64,000 nucleotides of DNA. Source: Sphingobacteriales bacterium (lineage in GTDB: Bacteria > Bacteroidota > Bacteroidia > Chitinophagales > Chitinophagaceae). The number at the start of each line of letters is the position of its first letter. Position 1 is the first letter of the stretch. Shown one piece after another: positions 40,688 to 49,968 of this stretch. The notes beneath the pieces were generated by a model. That model did no database searches and was not told the DNA's origin. It saw only the letters and a program-made list of their open reading frames with translations. The position numbers and the translations under genes were made by a program. Where the stretch lies: NCBI GenBank assembly GCA_026391525.1, contig JAPLEF010000011.1, positions 1,527-65,526 of the forward strand. Reading direction: 5' to 3'.

Positions 40688-40721
40688 AAAAAGAACAGGG
40701 CTTGCGATTAGGCAAACCCTG
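40688..40721 (-). terminator. Hairpin between the PKD gene and its PorP partner
   Basis: cagggcttgc-gattag-gcaaaccctg with an A-run on + (T-run on -). Confidence 0.5.
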
Positions 40722-40753
40722 CCTTATTCCATAAAAACAAAAGCTACTTTATG

Positions 40754-43700
40754 TTATTTTAAAAGCGCCACATTTCCTTTGAATTGCAGCATTTCATTAC
40801 TTTCACATACAACATCAATCCTGTACACATACACATCCGGGTTAAGCGTTCGGCCTTTGAAAGTACCGTCCCATGCTTTGGATATGTCATTGGCATTGAA
40901 ATTGCTTTTTTCAAATACCACTTCACCCCATCTGGTAAAAATTTTCATCGAACTTATCCTGAAAACACCACTTCCTCTTGGCAAGAAAAGATCATTGTTG
41001 CCGTCTCCATTAGGTGAAAAGGTATTAGGTATAAAGATGTTTGCATTATTACATATCACATTCACTGTAAGCTGGTCTGTTGCAGTACACCCGCCCTGGT
41101 TGCTCACTTCTACCCTATAAGTGGTTGTTTCTCTGGGTTTCACGCTAATACCTGGGAAGATATTGCGGAAAATGGAACCAGTTGGCGTCCATTTTGCATC
41201 AATAACATCCGAAGAAATACTTGGTATCAAATCGATGGTCTTTCCAACATTTATGATGCGGTCGATACCTGCTTCCACTGTTGGTATGTTGTACACAACA
41301 ACCGGAATGAAAGCGGTATCCCTGAAGCAGTTGCGGTCATCCCAGCCAATCACGCGGTAAAGAGTTGTGATCGATGGTGAGGCAATTGGTGTAGGTGAGG
41401 CCGGATTATCAAGACCCGCAGTTGGCGTCCAGGAATAGGCGTATGCTCCGGAAGCCGACATCCTCAATGATTCGCCTAAGCATAAGGTATCTCCATTGCT
41501 GTTGCGCATGCTGAATGGGTATTTAACACTCACTTTAACAGTATCTCTGCTGATGCAGCCATGGATACTGGTTCCTATTACCGTATAAAGGGTCAGCGAA
41601 TCAGGATTAGCTATAGGATTGAAGCAGTTATTGCAACTGAGCCCTGTTGATGGCGACCAATCGTATGTGACAGCACCTGATGCACTCAATCTTGTTCCAC
41701 TGCCCATACAGATCATCGTGTCGAGCCCTGCATCTAATATTGGTATCGCATAGGCTTCAACGGTAGTTGAGGATGATCCTGAACAACCCGAACTGTTTGT
41801 AACGTTAAGGCTGATCGGATAATTGCCTGCTACAGTATAGTTTTGTACTGGTGGATTTTGTTGTGTTGAACTTACGCCTCCACCCAGATCCCAGTTCCAT
41901 TGGATTGCTGAAGTATCCGGCACTGCAGTGTTTCCTGTTAAAGTCACCGTTAGGTCTACACATCCGTTAGCCGTTTGGCTAATAACACTGATAGGTGATA
42001 CTACCACTTTTACTGGTATTGTACTGGTTACAGAATCTCTGCAGCCGAGTTGTGATTGCATGATCAGTTGAGGGTAATAGGTGCCAGGAGTGTTGTAAAG
42101 ATGGCTGGGATTGATTGATGTTGACGTTCCGCCGTCTCCAAAATTCCAATTATAACTGGTTATGCTGTCATTTGCTGAACTGTTATTGTTGAATTGAACT
42201 GTTCCCTGATCACAGATAGGCTGTGCATTGAAGCTAAAGTCTGGAATGATTCCAGAAACACGTATAGTGTCCGTTCCAATGATCGGAACCAGGCATCCTG
42301 CTGCATCTCTGAGAATCATTTTTGGGAGGTATTCGCCCGGTATTGTATAGGTATGTGATACGATTGAATCGTTAGTGGCATTGGTATTGCCATCATTAAA
42401 ATCCCAGATGAAAGAGGCACGGTCACGGGTAGTCGCCCTGAAATTGACGGTCAATGGCTGGCAACCCGATAATCCACCATAGGTGAATGAACCATAAGGT
42501 CCCCTTACAATGATTGTTTGTATTTTTTCTGCTGTACATCCACCTGGGCCTGTTACTGTTAATTTTGAAATATAGGTACCAGGTATGGAATAGAAGTGAG
42601 AAGGATTGGCAGTAGTAGATGTTGTACCGTCGCCAAAATCCCATAATTGTGAAGTGAAGTTTGAAGAGTTATTGGAAAAATCTACAACTAAAGGTGGACA
42701 AGTTCCAATACTGTCACTCACAGTGAAACTTGCGTTAGGTGTACGTATGGTAACATAATTGTTTCTGGTAATGGTATCCGAACAACCATACAGATCGTAT
42801 ATGATCAGCTTAACTGTAAAGTTCCCATTGGTTAGATAGTTATGAACCGGGTTCTGTAATGTTGACGTATTGCCATCTCCAAAATCCCATGCATAGCTAA
42901 GGGATGGCCCTGTGGAACTGTTGATGAAACTTACGTTTCGGTTCGGACAAGTTGAAGTATCCGCAGTAGAGAAATTTGCTACCGGCTGCGAAATAACCAG
43001 TAGGTTGGGGCGAATTAACCGGTGCGAACAGCCGCTATTGTCGATAACGGTAAGGGATACCCCATATATTCCTGAAGTGGAATAAGTATGTTGGAAAGGT
43101 CCCGATGATAAAGTGTCGATATTTCCATCGCCGTAATTCCATATCCAGCTTACGATCGGATGACGACCATCTGTGGTGGAACTATCGGTAAAGGCTACAC
43201 TGTTTAAAAGGCAGGTGCCTGCTATGGAAGTGCCAAAGTTGGATGTAGGCCCATTCACCGTAATATAATCTGTTTTTGTCAAAGTATCTCTGCATCCATA
43301 TATATCGGTTATTACAAGGCTTATCGTATAAAATCCGGATACATTGAAACGCTTGATACTAGTTGGATTGCTGGCGAAAGTACCATCCCCGAAAGTCCAT
43401 CTGTATGAGGCCACATTGGCAAGGTTATTTCCTGTTGCAGTAAAAGTAACTGTATTGGTGCGGCAGATCACCGTATCTGATGCGGTGAATGCAGCCCGTT
43501 CATCAACTACGTTCACATTAGCGGTTCTGGTATAGCTGCAGCCCGTAATATCATTGAATACAGTAAGTGAAACAGCGTAAATGCCCGTTGTTGCATATAC
43601 GTGAACCGGATTTCTGGCAGTGTCTGAAGTTCCGTCTCCAAAATTCCAGGAATAGCTGTCGGCACCAATCGATCGGTTGGTAAAGCTCTTCATCAGTTTG

Positions 43701-45553
43701 TTGTTGCAATTTGATACTACGGAGAAATTGGCAATCGGTGGAAGTACCTGGATATAATCCTCTACGATTAAGGTGTCTGGGCATCCATTATTAAATACAA
43801 TGAGCATGATCGGAAAGTATCCTGTATCGTTATAGGTATGTTCAGGGTTTTGGAGTGTTGAACTGCCGCCATCTCCGAAATCCCAAAACCAGCCGGTAAT
43901 TTGTCCGGCAGGGGTGGAAAGATCAGTGAAAATGACTGCTGTTTCTGCACATACATTCCTTGGGGTACCACTAAATGCGGCCTGAGGTTTAAACCCGGCA
44001 CGTACACCAGATGTTACTGTAACTGTATCTGAACATCCGCTTGCAGTGATTATGATCAGTTGGATATCGAATGTGCCTTGTCCGAAAGTATGTGTAGGTA
44101 CCGAGTCTGTAGAGGTAGTACCATCCCCGAAATCCCAGAAATAACTAACTACAGGATCCGGTGAAGTTACGGTTGAAGTGAATGTCCAGGTCAAGGGCGC
44201 ACAACCCTGCCTGGGAAGGTCGTTGATACTGGCACGAGGCAATTCTATACTGATGTAATTACTGCGAACAATGGTATCCGAACAACCCGCATTATTGGTT
44301 ACAATCAAGGTAACAGAATAAGTGCCCTCTGAAGTATAGCTGTGAGAAGGTAAAACCTGTGTAGATGTGGTACCATCGCCAAAATCCCAGGTATAACTAG
44401 TTGCACCGGTACTCGTATTGTTGAAGTTTACAATTAACGGAGCCTGACAGGAAGATAATGGGTTAGCATTGAATGCTGCTCTTGGGGCTGGCAAAATTGA
44501 AATATTTTGCGAAAGCGAATCACTGCATGAGCCAAAATTATTTACCAGTTTAATGGTATAGTTCCCAGGCGCAGTATATGATTTCAAAGGGTTTACAGCT
44601 GATGAAAATGTACCGTCACCAAAATCCCAACTGGTTGAAACAGCCGTAGTAGAAGTATTGTTAATGGCAATGCCGGTATTTACGCATGCGGTTGAAGGAA
44701 TAGTGAAGGAAGATTGTGAACTGCCTATCACTACTGCATTGGGAACCCTCATGGTATCGCGGCAACCATTTACATTGGTTACGATAAGCTGTAAGGTATA
44801 GGTTCCGGAAGTAGTATAGGTATGCGATGGATTGGTTTGGGTGGAGGTTCCTCCATCACCGAAATTCCATTGGTAACTCAATACACCTGTTCCTATGGAA
44901 AGATTCTGCAGGTTGATGTTCACCGGTGGAGCACAACTTGAAGGAGTGCTAAACGTAAAATTAGCAGTGGCTCCGTTGATGACATTGATCAACTGGGTTC
45001 TCGTAAGGTTTTGGAAACATCCATTGTTATTTCTTACCCTCAGCGAAACATTGAAATTACCCGCTGATGTATAAATATGTGAAGGGTTTTGAAGGGTACT
45101 GAAAGTTCCATCGCCAAAATCCCATTGCCAGTTATCGATACTACCGCTTCCGGCTACACTAAGATCAGTAAAGGTCACTTCCATCGGGAAGCAACCTGCA
45201 TTGCTAGATACTGAAAAGTTTACTGTGGGCTTAGCGAAAATGCTGATGTACTGCGTGCGTATCAGTGAATCTCTCCCTGTGGCATTCTGTACCACCAGCT
45301 TGATGGTATACTGACCGGGATTAAAATATGTTACTGAAGGGTTTCTCAGCGATGAGGTTGTTCCATTTCCCAGATCCCATCTCCAGGTGGTTGGGCTTCC
45401 GGTTGAAAGATCGGAGAAATTAACAACCAATGGAGCACATCCTGTAAGTGGTGTTGCGGAGAAATTTGCACGTAATTGTGCTTTACTCGAATAGCTGGTT
45501 AAGGTTAATAGTGCAGCTAAACAACTGGCTTTAACCAAGTTGGTAGTACGCAT
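40754..45553 (-). CDS. 1599-aa PKD-repeat T9SS type-B CTD cargo protein
   Basis: About 15 W(D/N)FGDG-type PKD motifs; C-terminal IPNTFSPNGDGNND...IFTRWG...WDGTFKG...GNVALLK. Confidence 0.92.
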   Translation of the reverse strand: MRTTNLVKASCLAALLTLTSYSSKAQLRANFSATPLTGCAPLVVNFSDLSTGSPTTWRWDLGNGTTSSLRNPSVTYFNPGQYTIKLVVQNATGRDSLIRTQYISIFAKPTVNFSVSSNAGCFPMEVTFTDLSVAGSGSIDNWQWDFGDGTFSTLQNPSHIYTSAGNFNVSLRVRNNNGCFQNLTRTQLINVINGATANFTFSTPSSCAPPVNINLQNLSIGTGVLSYQWNFGDGGTSTQTNPSHTYTTSGTYTLQLIVTNVNGCRDTMRVPNAVVIGSSQSSFTIPSTACVNTGIAINNTSTTAVSTSWDFGDGTFSSAVNPLKSYTAPGNYTIKLVNNFGSCSDSLSQNISILPAPRAAFNANPLSSCQAPLIVNFNNTSTGATSYTWDFGDGTTSTQVLPSHSYTSEGTYSVTLIVTNNAGCSDTIVRSNYISIELPRASINDLPRQGCAPLTWTFTSTVTSPDPVVSYFWDFGDGTTSTDSVPTHTFGQGTFDIQLIIITASGCSDTVTVTSGVRAGFKPQAAFSGTPRNVCAETAVIFTDLSTPAGQITGWFWDFGDGGSSTLQNPEHTYNDTGYFPIMLIVFNNGCPDTLIVEDYIQVLPPIANFSVVSNCNNKLMKSFTNRSIGADSYSWNFGDGTSDTARNPVHVYATTGIYAVSLTVFNDITGCSYTRTANVNVVDERAAFTASDTVICRTNTVTFTATGNNLANVASYRWTFGDGTFASNPTSIKRFNVSGFYTISLVITDIYGCRDTLTKTDYITVNGPTSNFGTSIAGTCLLNSVAFTDSSTTDGRHPIVSWIWNYGDGNIDTLSSGPFQHTYSTSGIYGVSLTVIDNSGCSHRLIRPNLLVISQPVANFSTADTSTCPNRNVSFINSSTGPSLSYAWDFGDGNTSTLQNPVHNYLTNGNFTVKLIIYDLYGCSDTITRNNYVTIRTPNASFTVSDSIGTCPPLVVDFSNNSSNFTSQLWDFGDGTTSTTANPSHFYSIPGTYISKLTVTGPGGCTAEKIQTIIVRGPYGSFTYGGLSGCQPLTVNFRATTRDRASFIWDFNDGNTNATNDSIVSHTYTIPGEYLPKMILRDAAGCLVPIIGTDTIRVSGIIPDFSFNAQPICDQGTVQFNNNSSANDSITSYNWNFGDGGTSTSINPSHLYNTPGTYYPQLIMQSQLGCRDSVTSTIPVKVVVSPISVISQTANGCVDLTVTLTGNTAVPDTSAIQWNWDLGGGVSSTQQNPPVQNYTVAGNYPISLNVTNSSGCSGSSSTTVEAYAIPILDAGLDTMICMGSGTRLSASGAVTYDWSPSTGLSCNNCFNPIANPDSLTLYTVIGTSIHGCISRDTVKVSVKYPFSMRNSNGDTLCLGESLRMSASGAYAYSWTPTAGLDNPASPTPIASPSITTLYRVIGWDDRNCFRDTAFIPVVVYNIPTVEAGIDRIINVGKTIDLIPSISSDVIDAKWTPTGSIFRNIFPGISVKPRETTTYRVEVSNQGGCTATDQLTVNVICNNANIFIPNTFSPNGDGNNDLFLPRGSGVFRISSMKIFTRWGEVVFEKSNFNANDISKAWDGTFKGRTLNPDVYVYRIDVVCESNEMLQFKGNVALLK

Positions 45554-45653
45554 AGGGATTGGCTTTTGCTTTTATGAATAGACTGTTTATAATCCAGTCT
45601 GTCATAATAAACTCCGATTTCCCTTAAAAATTGTTCAAATGTTAAAAAAAATC

Positions 45654-46106
45654 TTAAAGCCTTTGCATATGCACTTCCTTGGGATCAGAAGTTCCCCAAG
45701 GTGCCAGTTTCATTATGGGGATGGCTTTTGAGGTAAAACGCCATTGCCTGTTCAGAAAATTGAATTCTGAGGGTATATTCGGTTGTGTGAGATTGATCAC
45801 CAGTTTTCCGAAATCTTCATTGCTCGTCCAGGTACCCGTAATTACCGTTCCGTTCTTTGTTGCTGTCATCGGACCGTCGTAGAAAGTATTTTTTAGTAGC
45901 CGAAATACCCAGCCGTCATATTGAGAAGTAATATTGATGCTGTCGTTCGACGCATAGTTTACAATAAAATCGCGGTTGAGAATGTTCGTTTCAAAATATT
46001 GCTCCAAAACATTGGTTACATAAGTATCCTTTGCTTTTTCACAACTGGTGGCCAGTAAAATTGTGGCAGTAAGTAATGCAATAATGAAACGGGATTTATA
46101 AATCAT
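45654..46106 (-). CDS. Hypothetical lipoprotein (start probably 46106 or 46115)
   Basis: MIYKSRFIIALLTATILLATSC lipobox; lipocalin-like GTWT and LNRQWRF. Confidence 0.65.
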   Translation of the reverse strand: MIYKSRFIIALLTATILLATSCEKAKDTYVTNVLEQYFETNILNRDFIVNYASNDSINITSQYDGWVFRLLKNTFYDGPMTATKNGTVITGTWTSNEDFGKLVINLTQPNIPSEFNFLNRQWRFTSKAIPIMKLAPWGTSDPKEVHMQRL

Positions 46107-46116
46107 TGAAGGCATG

Positions 46117-47625
46117 TTAGTTGATATTTTTTTGATAAATATCGGAAAATTTCCTGGAAGCATAGTTAATAAAATATCGGCTGTTTAAGATTTCGCCTGT
46201 TGCACGGCTACAGAGTTCTGCCGCAGTATAATAACGCCCAAATGGATAAATATGTTGTTGCAACCATTGATGTACGGTTTTCGAATTACCCAATTTGAGT
46301 TCTTGATCTAAAAAAGGATATTGCCTTGAGATATGCTCAAAGAACTGGGCTGCGTAGATGCTACCGGTGCTGTAAGTAGCAAAATATCCAAAACTCCCAT
46401 GGCTCCAGTGTACATCTTGCAAGCATCCATGTATGTCGTCGGGCACTGATATGCCAAGATATTTTTGGTACAAATCTTCCCAGGCCAGAGGAATTTCTTT
46501 GGCCTTCAAACTGCCTTCTATGAGTGCTTTTTCCAGTTCATAACGGATCATGATATGAAAATGGTAGGTAAGCTCATCGGCTTCCGTACGGATTAACGAG
46601 GGACTAACCTTATTGATACCTGCATAAAATTGCTCCACACTTGTGCCTCCCAACTGTTTTGGAAATTGTTGCTGTAAACCGGGATAATGATAAATCCAGA
46701 ATGGCAAACTTCTCCCTACATTATTTTCCCATAGGCGGCTCTGGCTTTCATGTATACTTAAACTGCAATATTCCCCTAATGGCAATCCATATTGATCTGC
46801 AGGAAGGCCCTGCTCATACAGCGCATGACCGCCTTCATGAAGGCAACTCCAGGTCATATTGCCAAAATCATTTTCATCTATCCTGGTAGTTACCCGAACA
46901 TCATGACTATTGAAATTGGTAGTAAAGGGATGTTCACTGATATCCTGCCTTCCGGCTTCAAAATCAAAATGCATTTCTTTCAGCAAACGGATGCCGTATT
47001 TCCATTGCGTATCTTTATCGAAATGCTGGCGCAAAAAGCGATTATCCGGATCCGGTAGTTCAGCAATCTGATCCAACAAATTCCGTAGAGAGGGTTTCAA
47101 CTCCTCAAATAAGGCGTCGTTACTTGCTACGGTCATGCTTTTATCAAACTCATTCATCAATGCATCATAAGGATGGGTAACATAACCAATCAGGTCTGCT
47201 TCCTTTCTTTTCAGTGTAATCACCTGCTCCAGTTCAGGAAGGAAAATGCTGAACTTGTTCAATTTTCTGGCTTTGATCCAGGCATGGAAACTTTTATTTA
47301 CGGTTTCGCTGAGTTGCTTTACGAAAGCGGCCGGTATTTTTTTGGCTTTCTGATAATCTTCAAAACTTAGGGAAATGTTGCGTTTTTCAGCATCAGTAAG
47401 TTTATCATTTTGCAGGAGCTCCTTCAATTGATTCCCGGTTTTTTCATCAATAAAAAGTTCATGTGAAAGTTCGGTTAGGGTGGCTATTTGTCTGCCCCGG
47501 AAATCATTTCCTTTGGGAGGTAAATAGGTTTCCTGATCCCACTGCAACAGGGCAGAAGCGTATTTTAGGTCAGCAATTTGTTGCATCTTTGTTTGATAAG
47601 CCTGGTAATCAATTATCTCCTTCAT
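46117..47625 (-). CDS. Carboxypeptidase, family M32
   Basis: LLQWDQETYLPPKG, HPF, DVRVTTR, HEGGH, HESQS, GCLQDVHWS. Confidence 0.95.
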   Translation of the reverse strand: MKEIIDYQAYQTKMQQIADLKYASALLQWDQETYLPPKGNDFRGRQIATLTELSHELFIDEKTGNQLKELLQNDKLTDAEKRNISLSFEDYQKAKKIPAAFVKQLSETVNKSFHAWIKARKLNKFSIFLPELEQVITLKRKEADLIGYVTHPYDALMNEFDKSMTVASNDALFEELKPSLRNLLDQIAELPDPDNRFLRQHFDKDTQWKYGIRLLKEMHFDFEAGRQDISEHPFTTNFNSHDVRVTTRIDENDFGNMTWSCLHEGGHALYEQGLPADQYGLPLGEYCSLSIHESQSRLWENNVGRSLPFWIYHYPGLQQQFPKQLGGTSVEQFYAGINKVSPSLIRTEADELTYHFHIMIRYELEKALIEGSLKAKEIPLAWEDLYQKYLGISVPDDIHGCLQDVHWSHGSFGYFATYSTGSIYAAQFFEHISRQYPFLDQELKLGNSKTVHQWLQQHIYPFGRYYTAAELCSRATGEILNSRYFINYASRKFSDIYQKNIN

Positions 47626-47639
47626 CGAAAGCTGTTGAA

Positions 47640-48743
47640 ATGAAAATACAAGATATCATAGATTCATTAGAAAAAATGGCACCCCTGTTTTTACAGGAAG
47701 ATTATGACAATTCAGGCCTCATTACCGGAAACCCTCAGGAAACCTGCACTGGCATAATGATATCTCTGGATGCCACTCCGGAAGTTATTGAAGATGCGAT
47801 ATCCAACAATTGTAATTTACTGGTAAGCCATCATCCCATCTTATTTCGGGGTTTAAAAAAGATAACCGGTAAAAATTATGTGGAAGAAGCCATTATCAAA
47901 GCCATCAAAGCAGGCCTGTCAATTTATGCCATCCATACCAATCTTGATCATGTGATCAACGGGGTTAATGGAAAAATTGCCGATATACTCGAATTGAGTA
48001 ACCGGCGAATATTACTTCCAAAGGAAGGAAATCTATATAAACTTGTGGTTTATGTTCCTATGGCCTATCTCGAACAGGTAAGATCGGCTGTTTTTGCTGC
48101 AGGTGCAGGCGAAATTGGAAATTATAGCGAAAGCAGTTTCACAACGGAGGGAAGTGGAACTTTCAAAGCAAATGATGGCGCAAAACCCTTTATCGGAGAA
48201 ATTGGCCTCCGTCATCAGGAAAGCGAATGCCGGTTTGAAGTGATTTTGCCTTACTGGTTAAAAAGCAAGGCGCTGAATGCCATGCAGTTAGCACATCCTT
48301 ACGAAGAAGTGGCTTATGATTTGATTCCCCTGGCGAACCCAAACCAAACAGTAGGTTCCGGTATTATTGGCACTTTACCGGAAGTTTTAAGTGCTGAGGA
48401 TTTACTTCAAAAACTCGCTGACCTGTTTAAAATCCCCTGTATTCGTCATACTGTTACAACAAACAGGAAAATAGAAAAAGTAGCTGTTTGCGGAGGGGCG
48501 GGAAGCTTTTTAATTCCGAATGCCATAGCAATGGCGGCTGATGCCTTTATCACTGCCGACCTCAAATATCATGAGTTTTTTGATGCCGAAGGGAGGATGT
48601 TATTGGCAGATATCGGGCATTTTGAAAGTGAACAGTTTACCATTGACTTATTGGCTGAATTTTTAAGCCAAAATTTCCCTAACTTTGCCGTCCTTAAAAC
48701 AGGGGTGCATACCAACCCCGTCCGTTATTTTGTGGCTCAATAG
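47640..48743 (+). CDS. Nif3-like (YbgI) dinuclear metal-centre protein (start reassigned to 47640)
   Basis: QEDYDNSGL, SHHPILF, HTNLD, HPYEEVAYD, VCGGAGS, GHFESE. Confidence 0.93.
   Translation: MKIQDIIDSLEKMAPLFLQEDYDNSGLITGNPQETCTGIMISLDATPEVIEDAISNNCNLLVSHHPILFRGLKKITGKNYVEEAIIKAIKAGLSIYAIHTNLDHVINGVNGKIADILELSNRRILLPKEGNLYKLVVYVPMAYLEQVRSAVFAAGAGEIGNYSESSFTTEGSGTFKANDGAKPFIGEIGLRHQESECRFEVILPYWLKSKALNAMQLAHPYEEVAYDLIPLANPNQTVGSGIIGTLPEVLSAEDLLQKLADLFKIPCIRHTVTTNRKIEKVAVCGGAGSFLIPNAIAMAADAFITADLKYHEFFDAEGRMLLADIGHFESEQFTIDLLAEFLSQNFPNFAVLKTGVHTNPVRYFVAQ
48680..48687 (+). promoter_or_regulatory. Possible -7 box for the zinc-ribbon gene, inside the 3' end of the Nif3 gene
   Basis: TAACTTTG exact match. 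Confidence 0.4.
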
Positions 48744-48819
48744 AGTGATGCGGTTGAAGGGAGTGACACAACGATGGCGGGAAAAGCACCAATGCCGGCA
48801 AAAAAATAAAAATCACCAT

Positions 48820-49575
48820 ATGGCTTCAGTCAAAGAATTTTCAGTGGAAGAGAAATTGTCTTCATTGGTTCGTTTACAAAAAATCGACAGCAAACTGGAT
48901 GAAATCCAGATCCTGAAAGGGGAATTGCCGATGGAAGTAAAAGATCTTGAGGACGAAATTGAAGGGTTACATGCCCGTCAAACCCGTGTAGAAGAAGAGA
49001 TAAACGGGATCCAGGAATTCATTGAGCAAAAGAAAGAAGGTATTAAAGAAGCTCAGGCATTGATCAAGAAGTATGAGAAGCAGAGCGAGAATGTGAAGAA
49101 CAACCGTGAGTTTGAAGCCATCAACAAGGAGATTGAAATGCAGCAGTTGGAAGAGAAGCTTTGTGAAAAACATATCAAAGACGCAACTGAAGAGATTGCC
49201 GATAAAGCGCGCCAGTTAGATTTGGCGAAGAAAGCAGTAGCTACCAAAGAAGGAAATCTGAACGGGAAAAAGTCGGAGTTGGAAAAAATCATCGGTGAAA
49301 CCGAGAAGGAAGAAACTCATTATAAAAAAGGTGCATCGGAAGCCCGGAGCCATGCCGATGAGCGCCTGCTTTCGAGTTACGACAGGATACGGAAAAATTA
49401 TCGCAACGGTCTTGCTGTAGTTCCTGTAGAGCGTGATAGCTGCGGAGGTTGCTTTCATGCCATTCCGCCGCAAAAGCAGAGTGAAATCAAATTGCGTAAG
49501 AAAATCATGGTTTGCGAAAACTGCGGAAGGATTCTGGTTGATGCAGATTTGAATGATAGTGTAGAAGTAAAATAA
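48820..49575 (+). CDS. Coiled-coil protein with C4 zinc ribbon (DUF164-like)
   Basis: Long coiled coil; CGGCFHAIPPQ...CENCGRILV; usual neighbour of Nif3 genes. Confidence 0.9.
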   Translation: MASVKEFSVEEKLSSLVRLQKIDSKLDEIQILKGELPMEVKDLEDEIEGLHARQTRVEEEINGIQEFIEQKKEGIKEAQALIKKYEKQSENVKNNREFEAINKEIEMQQLEEKLCEKHIKDATEEIADKARQLDLAKKAVATKEGNLNGKKSELEKIIGETEKEETHYKKGASEARSHADERLLSSYDRIRKNYRNGLAVVPVERDSCGGCFHAIPPQKQSEIKLRKKIMVCENCGRILVDADLNDSVEVK

Positions 49576-49594
49576 AAGTATTGTACCGGTAATG

Positions 49595-49620
49595 AGGCCA
49601 CCTTTCAGGGTGGCTTTTTT
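49595..49620 (+). terminator. Intrinsic terminator after the zinc-ribbon gene
   Basis: gccacc-tttcag-ggtggc followed by T6. Confidence 0.8.
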
Positions 49621-49674
49621 ATTGATTGAATGGAATAGCCTTTGCTGATGAATATTCAGGGACACTAAAAAGTT

Positions 49675-49893
49675 ATACCAATGTGATTTATATAATATGC
49701 CAATATTTTATAAATCTTATCCCGAATGCTTTCGGGAGTAAATGCCGATGGTATCAAACAAATAGTACAATGAGGCGACAGCCGATATTGGACTATATTG
49801 TTTGTCCAATCGGTATAAATGCCGATGGTATCAAACAAATAGTACAATGAGGCGACAGCCGATATTGGACTATATTGTTTGTCCAATCGGTAT
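49675..49893. mobile_element. Copy 2 of the MITE-like element, expanded to 219 bp by a nested 19-bp hairpin and a 77-bp tandem duplication
   Basis: Same termini and body as 8867-8987; insert at 49720-49738 flanked by TA; duplicated unit 49740-49816 / 49817-49893. Confidence 0.8.
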
Positions 49894-49968
49894 TATTATC
49901 AACAAAGTGATTGTACCAGTGTTTTCATCAAACTTCTTTCCTTCGATTTTCCTAATTTGCAGTTCTAC

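Noticed and set aside
49665-49886. 73-aa minus-strand ORF similar to the Smr tail, and the overlapping 49626-49850 ORF
   Set aside because: They are translations of the non-coding repeat element; the similarity is at DNA level
49879-49968. 30-aa N-terminal extension on RecN in the ORF track
   Set aside because: It starts inside the repeat element; MLTKLYISNYAII at 49969 is the canonical RecN start
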